DNA of 64,000 nucleotides from Vicugna vicugna (Eukaryota). Shown here piece after piece: positions 1-13,299 of the stretch (its first letter is position 1; each line of letters begins with the position of its first letter). The stretch is taken from NCBI GenBank assembly GCA_013265495.1, contig MU058000.1:2604001-2668000 (forward strand). Direction: 5' to 3'. The translations under genes and the position numbers were made by a program. The notes under the pieces were generated by a model. That model was not told where the DNA came from. It made no database searches and worked only from the letters and a program-made list of their open reading frames with translations.

Positions 1-9
1 CAAGAGACA

Positions 10-150
10 GTAGTTAATATAAGGAGCATCAGACTGCGAATGAATTTAGCTAGGTTCCAATCTGCCACCATCTACATGCTTGGCTTTAGACAAATCACTT
101 TCTCTCTCTGGATTCCTGATTCCTTTTCTCATCCATAATGTGACATGTTT
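10..150 (+). mobile_element. MIR SINE fragment
   Basis: Degenerate MIR core: ggttccaatctgccacc...caaatcactttctctctctggattcctgattccttttctcatccataatg. Confidence 0.6.
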
Positions 151-329
151 AGAAGATCTCTGAAGTCTTACCTGTCCCTGTAACCTGGACTGCATCGTAA
201 TGAATAATGCACAAAGAACTTGTGAATTGAGTGACCTTTTTATGAAAGGTGCTTTGGTTCTACAAATGAGCATGGCCATATATATGGAATGTCTTGTTAA
301 ATAATGCCTACTGTAAAAATACTTGGCAT

Positions 330-775
330 CCATGCTCCCCTTCTTCCTAACAAATCGAATTTCCATTTCAGGCCTCCTGTGGTTCTAGGGGAGATCCTCA
401 CCTGCTAATTCCAGCAGGGAGGAAGGAACTTGGGACAAAATAAATCCATGTACTCCATTGCACTAGCTAATGATTATTCTGATAACACACAGAACCATTT
501 AGTCAAAGGGTTGTTGAAGACAATGGGAGGACAGATACTCTTTCTCTGTCTCGATGGATGTGAACAAGGAAGTATGTACTGGTGGATTTAATAGAAGTCA
601 CCTGAAATATACACAGGGATACAGAGTCAGGGCAGAATGAAAGCTGGATGGCGGTAGTGTTGCTGAGACACTTGGTCAAGACTTTACTGAAGCTAATATA
701 TTTGTTTTAATCTTTATGTCTGTTTCTGCCTTTTAAAAAATATTTACAGCTGAAAAGTAATAATTCTGCTAATAC
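330..775 (+). mobile_element. Old MaLR LTR (MLT1J/K/L-like)
   Basis: Begins ctccccttcttcctaaca and ends ttacagctgaaaag...ctgctaatac, resembling the MLT1 3' end. Confidence 0.5.
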
Positions 776-2479
776 GTAGTTAGCTGATATGCCTGGAGAT
801 TCAGAATTGTCAACTCTGTGGAAATATATAAAACACACTTGAATCTTACTTTATAACAAATATATAGGGTTGTGCTTACCAAAATCTGTCATTGAACTTC
901 CTCCCATTCCAGGAGCTATGATTTGGAATTCAATTTCTACTGAATGTGAAAGAGTGTTTTTGCTTTACTATTGTTTAGTTCAGTTTGTTTATTATTATTT
1001 TTTTTCAGTTTGAAGACATAACTGAAATAGGATGGGATTTGCTATGGAGTATGAATATGGAATAGAAAGTATTGTTAGGAGAATAATTTTCTCTGTGAAT
1101 TATGTATAATACTGGATTGAAAAATAAATATGCAGCAGAACACTGGAAAGATTTTCCTCTTGTTTTGGGTGTGAGGCAGAATCCTGGTATAGATTAGGAG
1201 GTAGAGAAGGACAACAAAGAGCAATGCATAATTAAATCACTCTTTCAATATTTAAAATAATTTTAAATGATAATTATATAAAATATATGTATTGGTGTAT
1301 GTGATTGCATCATTTGGGTTATGATATAGCTATGCATAATACAGACAATTCATTAGTCCTATTAGTTTATTTAATATAGTCCTATTAAAAAGCAGTCTGT
1401 AAATTTAATCTACTAAACCTGTATGTATTAAAAGTTAGAATATTCCATTACTCATTGTACATAGTCCAGAAAAAAATGTGATATTCTTAATATTTGACAC
1501 CACTACAAAAATGTCAAAGACATCACGCTATAATTTTGTGTAATTTGTAAGATAACAAATGTATTCTAATAGACTATTCATGAAGAAAAATGAAGGGAAG
1601 AAAACATAAAGGTGATGAACTAAGTGTGTAAATTAAAAGGTCAGAGGCAGGACACAAATTAAACATAGCAGAAAACTCAACTTCTTTCCTTCCAGGAAAA
1701 TCAGGAAACTATATTCTGCTTTTTATTAACTAAATTAAAACAAAATGTAATTATGGCTTTCGTGGTGTGTCTTCTTTTACATTTTTTATACTGCTTAATT
1801 ACATTAGATGGCTGATAACAGTCTCACCAACCTCTCTGTGAATTTTATACTCAGGCAGTAGCAGCTTTTATACTCAATGTTTAATCAGCATCACTCGTAT
1901 TTACATAAAGACTGATTGGAAGAATATTGCTTTCTAGAACTTTGCATTATGGTAATTTTCGCCTAAATCCAATACATTAGTTTGCAACCAGAATGACTAA
2001 TGATTTCTGCCACCTTAAAAGTAGGTTGTGCTATGTAGGGACAGTGATGACAGCTTCAAGCATTTGCGGATCCCTCTGAAAGTAGCCACTTCAGGTGCAT
2101 TGAACCCATCCACTCTGTTCAGTACTGCCTGCTATGCAGAGGCTTTCAAGTCAAATTCCATCCAGGCATATACATGCTCAGTCTTTATGCAAATATTCAA
2201 AGCTGACACTACTAGAGTCAGTAAGGATGACCTTATTTTATGATATTGTCTTTTTTTTTGTTTTATCTTTACAATTTATTGGCACAAGTCAATACACTGA
2301 CTCAAGTTTATGTCTTATCCCTCCAGTTAATGAATTGTGGAGTATACATTTAAAACAAACAGGCACACTTAACAACGCAATGCCTCCATTCTCAAACATT
2401 TGATAAAAAAAGTGAAAAGAAAGTCTTTCTTAATCATGAGCCAGGACTTAGCTACAATATAAGGAGTGTTAAGAACGCA

Positions 2480-2565
2480 AAATCCTAGTAACCAGGGGCT
2501 AGAACAGCTCATGGTACATTTAAGTATTCAATAAATATTTTTAATGACTGAATGGGTAAATGACA
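2480..2565 (+). mobile_element. L2 3' end
   Basis: gggctagaacagctcatggtacatttaagtattcaataaatatttttaatgactgaatg is the typical L2 terminus. Confidence 0.65.
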
Positions 2566-4819
2566 ATTAATCTAGGTTTATCTGGCACAGTCTTTGTTTT
2601 ATACTGTCTAAACCATGCTCAACTCCCACCAAGCTATCAAAGTTCAAATTCAAAGAGATTTGAGCCACGCAAATATTCTACTCCTTATCAAAGTTTTCCC
2701 CCAGATTAAGTGTAAATTTTTTATTTTTTGCTATTCAGTATTTACTATGATGCTTGAAATTGTTCAATTAAAAATTGGAATATAAATGGTAGACTTGATA
2801 AACGTACAAACTGATGAGACACGACTCCAGTACTCAGAATTCTATCACAGTAAGAGTTCTTCCTTCTCTTCTTGTATATTAACTTATCTTACTATTTGTC
2901 TGGATTCATAACTTCATGCTTTTTCTGTAGACTTACAGAAAATTACAGTAAATTCATTATGGTCCTCAGTTCTTTTGGTGCTCAGCTTTCCCCAAATTTG
3001 AACATGGAGATCCCTTCAAACTGGCTCCTGCAACACAGCATTTTAAATGAGATAATTCAGCTGTTTTCTTGAATCTAAGTTGATATATGTATGTGATTAC
3101 GGCAATGGCTGAGATAATGCAAGACTGTTTGAGTCAAGTATGTCCATTTTGACTTATGCTATATGAAACTCAGTTTTCCTACCACATATATTTTTCAAAC
3201 TCTTGCGGAAAGTATCTTTAGGCAATTCCAACTTCATGAAATCACTGTTAACCCTCAGCACGTATTTACCCTTCTGTTCTATAATGACCCTGTGCCAGTA
3301 AAATTAGCACTGTTTATATCTAACACAAGCTAAATAAAAGATACACATGTGACATCATAATGACATGAGCACATATGGGGGTTAATCAGATGATCCAGAA
3401 TGCACTCACATTATTATTAAATTTTAGTCTAAACGGTATGGAAATGAAAGTGTGAAAACATTGCCAGATCTTTGGGGTCTAGAAAGCTGATTAAGAAATA
3501 CTGATTTATAAACTTCTATTGGACAGAAACACTTTACGTTCAAAAGTATTATGTGGCATAATGCGATATATTGCAATTTTGTTTTTTTGTTGTTTGTTAT
3601 TAACAATATTAGTTCACATTGGAGTAGTGTTCTGAGTAGAGTACTCTTCAACAAGGCACCGAAAAAACTTATCCCAAATTTTGTGAAGTCAGCATCATCC
3701 TTATTTTCAGAAAATCAGTAGTGGTTGAGATACTGAATTATTTCCCATGGGTAACTCAGATGGAAAGTCATTTGAATTTCATAGACAGTCTCCTTCTCCC
3801 TTGTCTTGTTTCTCAAGGAACTCTTCTTACTAGGAAAAAACACACCAAAAAAAATCTCCAAAAAAACAAAACAATAAAACCAACAACAAACAAGTGCTAA
3901 TTTTCAATTGATGCCGACAGGCACATTTTTATATCTTCTGCATAAACATGTTATGTTACAGATCCAAAAACCATCACAATACATTGTCTAAAATAAGACA
4001 GCATAGCCACACACAACTCAAAAATTAACTCTACTGTCAGTAGCAACATGCCAGGATAATAGTAGAACAATATATTCCAAGCAGTCATTGAAAAAAAAAA
4101 AAAAGAACTCCAGGGTCTAGCACAGATAGACAGATCGACATTCATGAATAGCAGCAAACTAAACACAACCATCACCATCATCCCAGTGTCAAGCCAACAC
4201 GCTATCGGCGTGCAGAGATTTGCTGCGTCTGCATTACCACTTTTTTCATTCAGGGTTTAATTGTATTGTTTAACATCGATACTTCTGCCATGGAATATTA
4301 ATCTGAAGCTCATCGTAAAATTCATATATATCACTTTTCACAGTAGGATAGACCAACTTCTGTCTAATCAGTTAAAATGAATATTTGAAAAATAAATATT
4401 TTCATTAATTAAATCCAGAGATCACTGGCCACTACATTACTAAGATTACTAAAACCTAAATATCTATTATATGGTATATATATATAATATATATATCATA
4501 TATCTATTATATGAATTGTAGAGTGACAGCCTGAATATATTCTATGTCCAACTGCCTCTGGACTTACTCCTTTCACAAAAGTTAAAAAAGGGATGTGAAA
4601 GGTGTTTTGCTGGATAAATTGATGGATTGGTAAATTTCCACCAGGTTTTAGTGGGCATGTTCGTTTCGATGGGGGCTGAGTAAAATTAAAGGTTTTAAAA
4701 GATCAATAATGAAGAGATATACCCTCTCTTTTACGTGTAAGAAGTTGATGAGCACTTAAAAGTGTGATGACATTGGTTCTATCAAAGATACAGACCATCA
4801 TAAATTTCTATATTACCCA

Positions 4820-5395
4820 AAGAAGAATTAATTTGCATAACAATTTTGGAAAACAGTTTGGTCATACCTAGTAAATTGCAAAATAGCCATCCCCTATGGT
4901 TTAGAAATTTTACCCACTGGTATACATATTTAAAACATTCTGGAATATTGCACCAATTAACATGTACAAGATCGTTCAAAGCAACTCTATTTGTAAAAGT
5001 GAAAACTTGTAAACAATTTGAATGACTAAACATAAGAGAATGGTAAGTATATGCATTATATATTTATAAAAAAGAACATAATACACAGAAGTTCAAATGA
5101 ATGAATCACAACTACTTTTAACAGCATGTATAAATATCATAATTATATACTATTGAATAAAAAATAACTATTTTCGGTGGATACACACGTATGCACTGAA
5201 ACCATAATGGCATGTATGGGAATGAGAACCATGACTGTTTTCGTGTCAGTTAGGGAGGGTTACACATCTCAGAAAGAGGTACGTGGGATGTTGTGTGTAT
5301 TTGTACCAATTTGTACCAATTGCTTTCTAAGCTCAAAGGTGTTCAATAATGATTCATTATATCATCTATATGTTTGAAATAATTCATAATAAATT
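4820..5395 (+). mobile_element. L1ME-type 3' fragment
   Basis: ttggaaaacagtttggtcatacctagtaaa...acatgtacaagatcgttcaaagcaactctatttgtaaaagtgaaaacttg resembles the decayed end of L1 ORF2 and 3' UTR. Confidence 0.65.
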
Positions 5396-5639
5396 TGTTC
5401 CCATGGACCTGTAGACAAAATTGAACATCTCCCGCTTTGCTGTAGTTCATGCTGAACCAAAGAAATTCCTGTTAGTGGTGCCCTGATTGGCCACATAAGA
5501 CCAATGACAGTAATCTGAGGAAATCTTCTGTTCCCAGCCAATGTTTTTGGCCAGCTTCTGTTTTACTATATTTTAAATAGACTACTTTTAAACTCTATTA
5601 TAAAAAGTTCCCAACACTTCACTATATCCAGGTGTTCAT

Positions 5640-6050
5640 CATTAAACCCTCCCACCAGAATTATATTTCTAAAATTCAAACCGATCACTTTACATTCTTC
5701 ATTCACTTCCCATAACCCAAAGGATCAAACAAGAAAATCATTTGTGTGCTGCTATGGCTATGCAACACTTTTCTTTGCCTACTTCTATAGTCCATCTCTC
5801 TACCATAGTTATGTCTTGCTCTACCATCTTCCCATAATGGCAGTGACCCTTAAGCTATCTTAAATTACTTCTATTTCATTCAGTGTCTCATGGCTTTGAG
5901 TGTATTACTCTCTTTGCTGACTCTCTTACCTCATGTTATTAAGAAATTCTTGATTGGACAAGATTGATCTTGAATATCGCTCTTTCCTCTAATTATACTG
6001 ACAGATTTTTTTTTTCTGTGCTTCCATAACATAATGTTCAGGGCTTGTAC
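5640..6050 (+). mobile_element. L2 fragment
   Basis: Pyrimidine-rich L2-like tract (tttctaaaattcaaaccgatcactttacattc...). Confidence 0.45.
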
Positions 6051-6454
6051 TTAACATGCAGTGTGATAAGGACAAGGATAAGTCCCATGAGTCAGATTGT
6101 GACAATTCACATTCCTGCCAAGCACAGTTTAAAACACAAAAAATATGCTTAGAAAATACTTATTACAATAATAATTAAGTCAAAGATGTGATACCAATAT
6201 TGAAAGTAGAGGTTCATCTGCCTACTGTTTCACTTTTCACTGCACTCAGTGAACAGAACAAGTATGGGTAGTCTGAAGGATGGCAAGTTTAACCTCTTCC
6301 CCCATAATATCGAAAGAATGGCCTTGGTTGTGTCTGCTTTTCCTGCAAGAAGTCCCAGTTGCAAGAATAAAACTGATGGACATCCTAATTACGGTCAACT
6401 ATCGGCTGTGCACAGGACTTAGGGGAATGAATTTATTACAAACATTCAGAGTGG

Positions 6455-6690
6455 GTTAGAGCATTTGGAAGAGGATATCAGTTCTATTTCTACCATTAAA
6501 TTAGTACAGGGCACTTGCCAGTGTGTCTAAATTTTCTAAGAGTTTATATTTATTGTTGACAAAATGGGGATAGAAAGAGCAAATATGAAATCATGTTTTG
6601 TGTGGATTAATGAATTCATATGTATACAGTACTTAACAAAGTACCCAGCAAATCTGCGAGCGTGTTGTTTTCATTGCTGCTGTCATTAAT
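6455..6690 (+). mobile_element. MIR SINE
   Basis: aaaatggggatag...ggattaatgaattcatatgtatacagtacttaacaaagtacccagca matches the MIR core and tail. Confidence 0.65.
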
Positions 6691-6794
6691 AGTCAGGGGT
6701 TGGCAGTTACGGCAGGGACAGAGCAATCTCTGGGGTATCTTTTCCCTACTGAGTTTTGTAGGAGAAAAAATGTATTCCAGGGAGAATTCTAAAC

Positions 6795-6980
6795 ATTATT
6801 AACGTGGTTTTTTTAAGTTCTTAATGAAAACCCTATGAAATGAAGCCAATTATTATCTTTCTAATTTTACCCATGAAGAAATTGAATTACTTGCCCAAAA
6901 TTATATGGAAAACGTGGACTTTAAAACTAAGCTAATTGATTCTATGCCCCTGCTCCTGACCACTTTATTATGTCACCACT
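6795..6980 (-). mobile_element. MIR SINE
   Basis: aaccctatgaaatg...attttacccatgaagaaattga...cttgcccaaa is reverse-complement MIR. Confidence 0.6.
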
Positions 6981-8209
6981 TCTGTTAGTCAGCAACACTG
7001 GGGCTTTGTTTTTTAACCATAGTTGAAGAATCATGTATGAGTAATACGTATACAAATAAAACAAACATCTCATTGGTCCCTTACTTCCTCAGCTGATGGA
7101 AAATTATTTTTGTAACATTATCTATGTTTTAATAATAAGCAAAAAAATAATTAGAGCAATGTGCTGAAAAGATGTAATGCATTAATCATCTTTTTGAAAA
7201 TATATACATTCCTTTTTGTCATTTACTGGATGGTAAGATCTACGGAAGTAGATTTATGCTGAGTAAGAAGCTGTAATATTTTCAACAAAGTAAATGCAGG
7301 TGTCTGAGCTACCAAAGTTCTCTAATTTATTTGACAGAAACACCTTTATCATTAATGCACGGTAAACCACTTTGGCAGCTTTAAAGCAACTTAACAAAGC
7401 TGTTTCCCATCATGCTTTATATTAACATGTTAACTTAAATGTTTGTAATATATGTAACTTTGAGTCTCATTATGGGACAACTGTTACAATTTCTTACTCT
7501 CTCTCTCTATTTTTTTTTGGGGGGCGGGAGCTTTAATGGCAGAAAGGAAGAATCTGCTTATTAAGGACAATGGCACTCCGAATTGTTTCCTCCTGCATAA
7601 AACCAAAGCTATTTCTTCACATTTGGCTTTTGTCTGAATTGAAGAGATCCTTATGATATATTAAAAGATTTTTATCTTTCTACCAAAGCTACAGCTTGAT
7701 GATTTAACGCAAAAGCAGGCCAACTTATAGCACGTAATTAACAAGAAACATGGTGACTGTTAAAACCAATGAGTTACTCTCTTTGGAGATCAGGAATGGC
7801 TACACCAAAGGCACTCTGTAGAGTGTATCAGTATGGAGGATTCAGAAAGGAATCTTGCTCTTAAGTGGGCTTCTCTTGTCTCCCTTTCCCTCAGGGTAAA
7901 CTCGGTATTTCTATTTTTATTATTTTTTCCATTTTTTCATTTATAACTTTCTATAACATTAATCTTTCAACATACCAGGATGTGGGACACTCAATAGAAT
8001 TAGAGGTTAGTTTATAAAGGTCACACTTAAATACCACCTATAAATTAGTGTAATCTGAAAACTAAATGAGACCCTCCGATCTAAAGCTTTTTTATTGGAG
8101 ATGATAGCTCATTATAGTTTAATAAATGGTTCACACAAAATGGAACTGCAAATAATATTAGCTGATTTATTTGTTTTTACTGTTGTCGGTTTCTACACTG
8201 TTTAGTTAC

Positions 8210-8378
8210 ATGAGGGGTAAGTATTCTAAAATAGCTCCCATTTTACAAGTGTAGAAACTAGGGCAGAGATGGGATAATCAATTCCAGAAAATCACATAGG
8301 TAGATACTGGTTGGACTGGCATTTCAATCCAGGTAGCTTCATTCCAGATTTTATGCTTAATCACTAAGTTATACTTTC
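8210..8378 (-). mobile_element. MIR SINE
   Basis: cccattttacaagtgtagaaactagggcagaga...gcatttcaatccagg...cttaatcactaagttatact. Confidence 0.7.
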
Positions 8379-8699
8379 CCCATTCAGTAATTCATATCCC
8401 ATGAATACAAAATATTTTCACTTCTTAGTTCTCATCTTCATGTCTCATAAAATAGGAGGGTTAAGACTATCATGTAAAATATTAATAAGTCAGCTCCTAG
8501 AAATTCCCAAAATGGTAACAAACGCCATGAACACTAGAATGTGGAAGGGACGGGACAGGGCAGGTGGCAGGAGACTGTGATAAGAAAGGATTGTGGGAAT
8601 AGCCATGCAGCCCTAGACTCTATTGCATATCCTCATATGACCTTTTTTAATTTCATCGATCTGTTTGCCCAGATTTTACTAATCTAAGCATAGATTTCT

Positions 8700-8897
8700 G
8701 AATTTTCCAAATTTTGTTAAATTAGTATGGATTTGATTATATTTCTTGCATGTACTATAATGCATTCATTTATTTCCTGTTGGATTTTTCCCTTTTAAAA
8801 CCGTTAAAAATGATGAACATTCCTTGTACAGGCTTTTCTATACATGAGCCAGAGTGTCTTACAGTCTGTACACTAAAAGTGAATGTTTAAGTCACAA
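8700..8897 (-). mobile_element. Old L1 fragment, interrupted by the LTR at 8898
   Basis: atgatgaacattccttgtacaggc...aagtgaatgtttaagtcaca is antisense L1 ORF2 3' sequence and appears to resume after 9542. Confidence 0.5.
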
Positions 8898-9542
8898 TGT
8901 TAGAGCAGGCAGAGAGCTACATAAGAGCAGAGAAAGGAGGTTGCAGGCCAGATGGCAGGAATTGGGCAGAAAGGAAGGGCATAGGCCAAAAGCAGGAAAC
9001 CCTATATCATGTAAACAACAGGGGTCCCCGGGCAGAGAAAGAGCAGCAGGAACCTCTGGGCAGATATGTGGTGACACATTTTGGGGTGAAAAGTGGCCCG
9101 GAGACTGACAAAGATGAGTGGGAAAAGGCAGGAATCTCCAGTGCCCAAATATAAACTTTTGCTCATTATGGCCTCATTTCAATAAAATCAGCCTTGCCAG
9201 ATTAGAAGTACCCATCATGCACCAACCCCATGACATTTCTGATCCAGGTTAAATAAGGACAGAAATCCCTGGTCCCTTCTGGAAGGTGGAGTTGGGATGA
9301 AAATCAGGGAATATGACCCCAAACCCTTCTCTCTCCAGTTAATATTCCACCCATTCATTTTTACACTCTATGTAACCACCTTGCCAAAGAAACTCAGGGC
9401 AGCTGCTCACCTGAGCCTGCCTGCTCTCCCCTTGAGAGTGGACTATCCATCCCTTAATAAATCCCACTGTACTTCCTTAACCTCCACGTCCCCTCTATGA
9501 ATTCTTTCTGTGATGGGAAAAGAACCTAAGCCACCCGTAGCA
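8898..9542 (+). mobile_element. Solo LTR, ERV1-like, family not identified
   Basis: TG...CA termini (tgtta...tagca), GC-richer than flanks, TATA-like tatgtaa near 9369, AATAAA at 9456-9461, then a U5-like tgaattctttctgtgatggga..aagaacc typical of ERV1 LTRs. Confidence 0.75.
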
Positions 9543-9924
9543 GTAAGATATATACACTTTTGTTTTTACTGTATTTTGAAAGCTTAAAAACTCAGAAACC
9601 CTTGAGAGAATAATGTGACAAGCACACATATATTTATTAGCCCTGAATTAGCTATTGTTCATAGTCAGCACGATTTCATCATATATTTTATCATGTATAC
9701 TTAGACCACTACAGATGTTTCTGAAACCCATCTTGTTTCCGTGCAGTTTTATACCCCTCGCCTCTCCCCAGAAGCAACAACCTCTGTAATACATTTTGCG
9801 TTCTTCAGTCCTGTCCATTGTTTTACTTCTACCTCATATTTAATCCATAAAAAATGCAAAATAAAGTATTTTGTGCTACGTTTTAAAATTCACCTAAAGT
9901 CTTTTATATGGTATATAAAATTTT

Positions 9925-10130
9925 GCACTAGGACATTCTATGAGGAGCTTTATTACATCACTATCTGTGATATGAAAAAAAATTAGAAACTACCTTCATA
10001 TACAATGACACAGAAAGAGAAGTAAACACTGTGTACTGTGCATACAATGGACTACTGCACAGTGTTACTGAATGAACTAGATCTACATGATGTAATATGA
10101 ACACACCCTGAAAACATAATGCTAATAGTA
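9925..10130 (+). mobile_element. L1ME-type 3' fragment
   Basis: aaattagaaactacc...catacaatggactactgcacag...aatgaactagatctacatg...aaaacataatgctaa. Confidence 0.6.
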
Positions 10131-11077
10131 TTATTTTTGTGATGAGAAAAAAACCTTAATACCCAGGTACAATGTGGTACTGTGTACATAGCTCCCTTGG
10201 GTATTTTATATTAGGAGACGACATTCCTCTCTCACTGTGAAGCCTTACCAAATCACTTCCCTTGGTCGTGTTAGGCCTTGACTCTCAACCTTCAAGACTG
10301 AAAAACATGAAACACCATGTTTGCTTTTTTCTCTTTCTGTAAATATTTAATGCTCGCTTGCCATTGTCTCCTTTAAGTCTTTGCTCAGATCAGACCAGTG
10401 TATAAAATATTCTTCCCATGCTTGCTTCCTGGAGTACTGTCACTTCATCTGTTAAATCAAAATTCAGGGTCCTCCTCCAGAAATAGGACTTTTCTTACAC
10501 TCCAAGAGGAATGGCACCACATAAATCCAATTTCCAGCTTCTAGGCCCCTATGTTTACCACTGCTATGCACAATCATTTATGCATAGCAACCTGTGGACT
10601 GTGGGCAAATCTCTCCCTCACTCTGAGCCAACCTGCACTAAACTCAAACTTGACCCTGATAGACGTTAAGTGTTTCCATGGTGAAAACATTAATTTTATA
10701 TTATCAATATGCCCTGAACTCAGTGGTCACCCAGAAATTCTATATTTGCTTTTTCCATGCTGATAGAAGAGATTTTTATTACTCAATTTCCTTTGTATAA
10801 ATTCCACTTGTGCCTTGGGGAAGGAACTTGCATTACTTAGCTACTGCCATAATCTTCCCATGCTGATGCATTGTGCACTGGCTGCACCTGCTTTTCTCCA
10901 AGCTGCAAGGCTACACGGTGGTTGGGAGCCCTGCTTTATGGGTCTTTGGACCCCAGTCGGTGCTGTAGGTCCTTTGTGCATTACTCTCTTCTCGTAACAG
11001 TCACAGAGGCACAATAAGGCAATCCAGTGACTTCCCATCACATCTTAACATCCCATTGAACAGATTATGTCACAAGA

Positions 11078-11238
11078 CTACAGCTAAGTCAAGGATACAG
11101 AGCATACAGAGAAACAAGGATATAGAGAAGAAAAATTTGCCTACAGCTACAGCCAAGTCAAGGATACAGGGCATACAGAGAAACAAGGATATAGAGCATA
11201 CAGAGAAACAAGGATATAGAGAAGAAAAATTTGCCTAC
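11078..11238. repeat. Compound tandem duplication (69-bp period with a nested 25-bp duplication)
   Basis: Copy 1 starts at 11078 and copy 2 at 11147; gcatacagagaaacaaggatataga is repeated exactly at 11171-11195 and 11196-11220. Confidence 0.95.
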
Positions 11239-12284
11239 CATGAAGCCATGGAAAGAGTATGAATGTATCATTCTATAATTGGGAGTGAAAAATTGAGACC
11301 AATAATTCAATCTACTGCAGAGCTCATTTCCTGCTTAAATTGTGCTACTAAATGAAAATATTAGCTCTGCCAAGCACATGGGTTTGTAGATTATCTCTTG
11401 TTGAAAAGAGAAACATTGTAAGCTAACGTATTTCCTTGATTAAGACAAAAAGCTTTTTTAATGACCAGAAAACTGAATGTATGTTCAGAACCCAAGTACA
11501 ATGTGATAATCTTTTCATCTCAGAAAACTGGGAATTCCTAAATATGCTTTTTTTTTTTTAAGTAGAGGAGCTCTATTCTATCTCTAATCGTCTGGTTCTA
11601 AATTGTGTTTTAAATTACAAGCTCTTTAATGTCCTCTGGGAGGTAGACAGGGCTTTTGAAACAAATTCTGGTGTGTGGGTAAACTAAATTACTGAGCACT
11701 TTAATAAGTACGAAAGTGGCAAACCAAATGTCTATCAGCTTCCAACAGTTCTCATAAGCAAATATTAGAGACAGTGACATATATGTGAGTCTTCATGGAG
11801 GACTAGAACAACATGTATTTTTATCTTAATGTAATTTATTATATTCCTTCAATACTTCTGAACACGTCATCAAGAGTTCCTTGGATTCCGTGGGATTGGG
11901 AGTAGAAAGAAGAGAATTTTCTAGTCACCCTTCCTAGAAAGGATTTGGTTTGCAAAGGTGTCCAGAGATGAGGGACCAGTTTGAATACACTAATATTACT
12001 AAGAAGAGATTATTGTCACACTGTCCCTAATATATAGGAATAACAATAGTGACACTGAGACATTGGTACACCCTAACAAAAAAGATTGCAGTAAATTCTA
12101 GGGGCTTTCCAAAATTAAATAATAGTGATGAATTGTTTTTCTTCTCTCTCCATGTAAAAGTCATCAGGGAGAAATAAAAAGGATAATATACTAAAATTCA
12201 GGTTTACAGGTTAACTGTTCAGTGAAATCTCTTGATGGAATATCCAAGTCGAGTACTAGGATTTTTAATATATGTATTCCCTTG

Positions 12285-12440
12285 GCAGACATTTATTGAG
12301 AGCCCATTATATGTCAGACACAGTTTTGGGAGCTGGCATAAGGAATCAAACAGAGCACATAAAGTCTCTGCTCTCACTGGCTGAGTCACACAAAATATAT
12401 AATTTGCTAAGTGATAAGAAAACTCTGCAGGAATCAGTGC
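12285..12440 (-). mobile_element. L2 3' end
   Basis: acatttattgagagcccattatatgtcagacacagttttgggagctgg...aaagtctctgctctca. Confidence 0.7.
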
Positions 12441-12626
12441 CTGGTTAGGAATGGCTAAAGACGCACTGTGGACAGTTTAAAGACTCTAAGGGGATCTAAT
12501 CATAGGGGGACTGCCATGCTTTTGTCAGTTTTACCTCTAGGAGTTCAACCATGTTCTCACAGTAAATAAAGAATAAAATATCCTTGGGCTTCTGGCAGAG
12601 AGTGTCAGAGGAACCACTTTGAAACA

Positions 12627-12903
12627 CAGTCATCTCTTGGTATCCACTGGGAATTGGATACCCAAAATCTTAGGATGATTTAATCTCTACAAATAACCTA
12701 CACATATTGTCCCATATACTTCAAAGCACATCTAGATTACTTATAAAACCTAATACAATGTAAATGCTATATAAATAGTTGCCAGCCCATAGCAAATTCA
12801 AGTTTTGCTTTTTGGAAATTTCTGGAATTTCTTAAGAAATAATTTTGATCTGAGTTGGTTGAATCCACCCATGTGGAAAATCTCAGCTATGGAAGGCTAA
12901 CTA
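12627..12903 (+). mobile_element. MER2B-like non-autonomous Tigger (TcMar) DNA transposon nested in L1
   Basis: cagtcatctcttggtatccactggg...ctagattacttataaaacctaatacaatgtaaatgctatataaatagttgccagc...ttggttgaatcc...ggaaggctaacta; homologous to the copy at 54320-54542. Confidence 0.85.
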
Positions 12904-13299
12904 TTCACAGGAGAATTTTGTCCTTAACAAGTCTGCGCTTAGGAAAAACTATTTAAATAGAGCTACACTATAGGGATTTTTTTTTCAGAACTAACTGACT
13001 TGGGAGGGGATATTATCCAAATTCAGCCCACTCTTGCCATCCTGTCCCACCTAAACAGGGAGGGAAAAAATTAAAAACACTTGAAGTTCACAGCCCAGAA
13101 ACACAGGATCATGAAAAAGACTGACACCTAATAATAGGGCTATAGAATGTTTCCCTTCCCTCAACACCTCACCACGACATTATTAAAATCTATTTACAGT
13201 GCTTTCTTGTATCTGGACCATTATGTACAGATATCAAGGAAAAGGTCAAAGGCATACTTGAACACACACACACACACTCACACACACATTTTGAAGAGA

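Noticed and set aside
11078..11238. CRISPR-like array or repeat-protein gene
   Set aside because: There are no unique spacers, only two or three adjacent copies, and the context is mammalian. It is a simple duplication.
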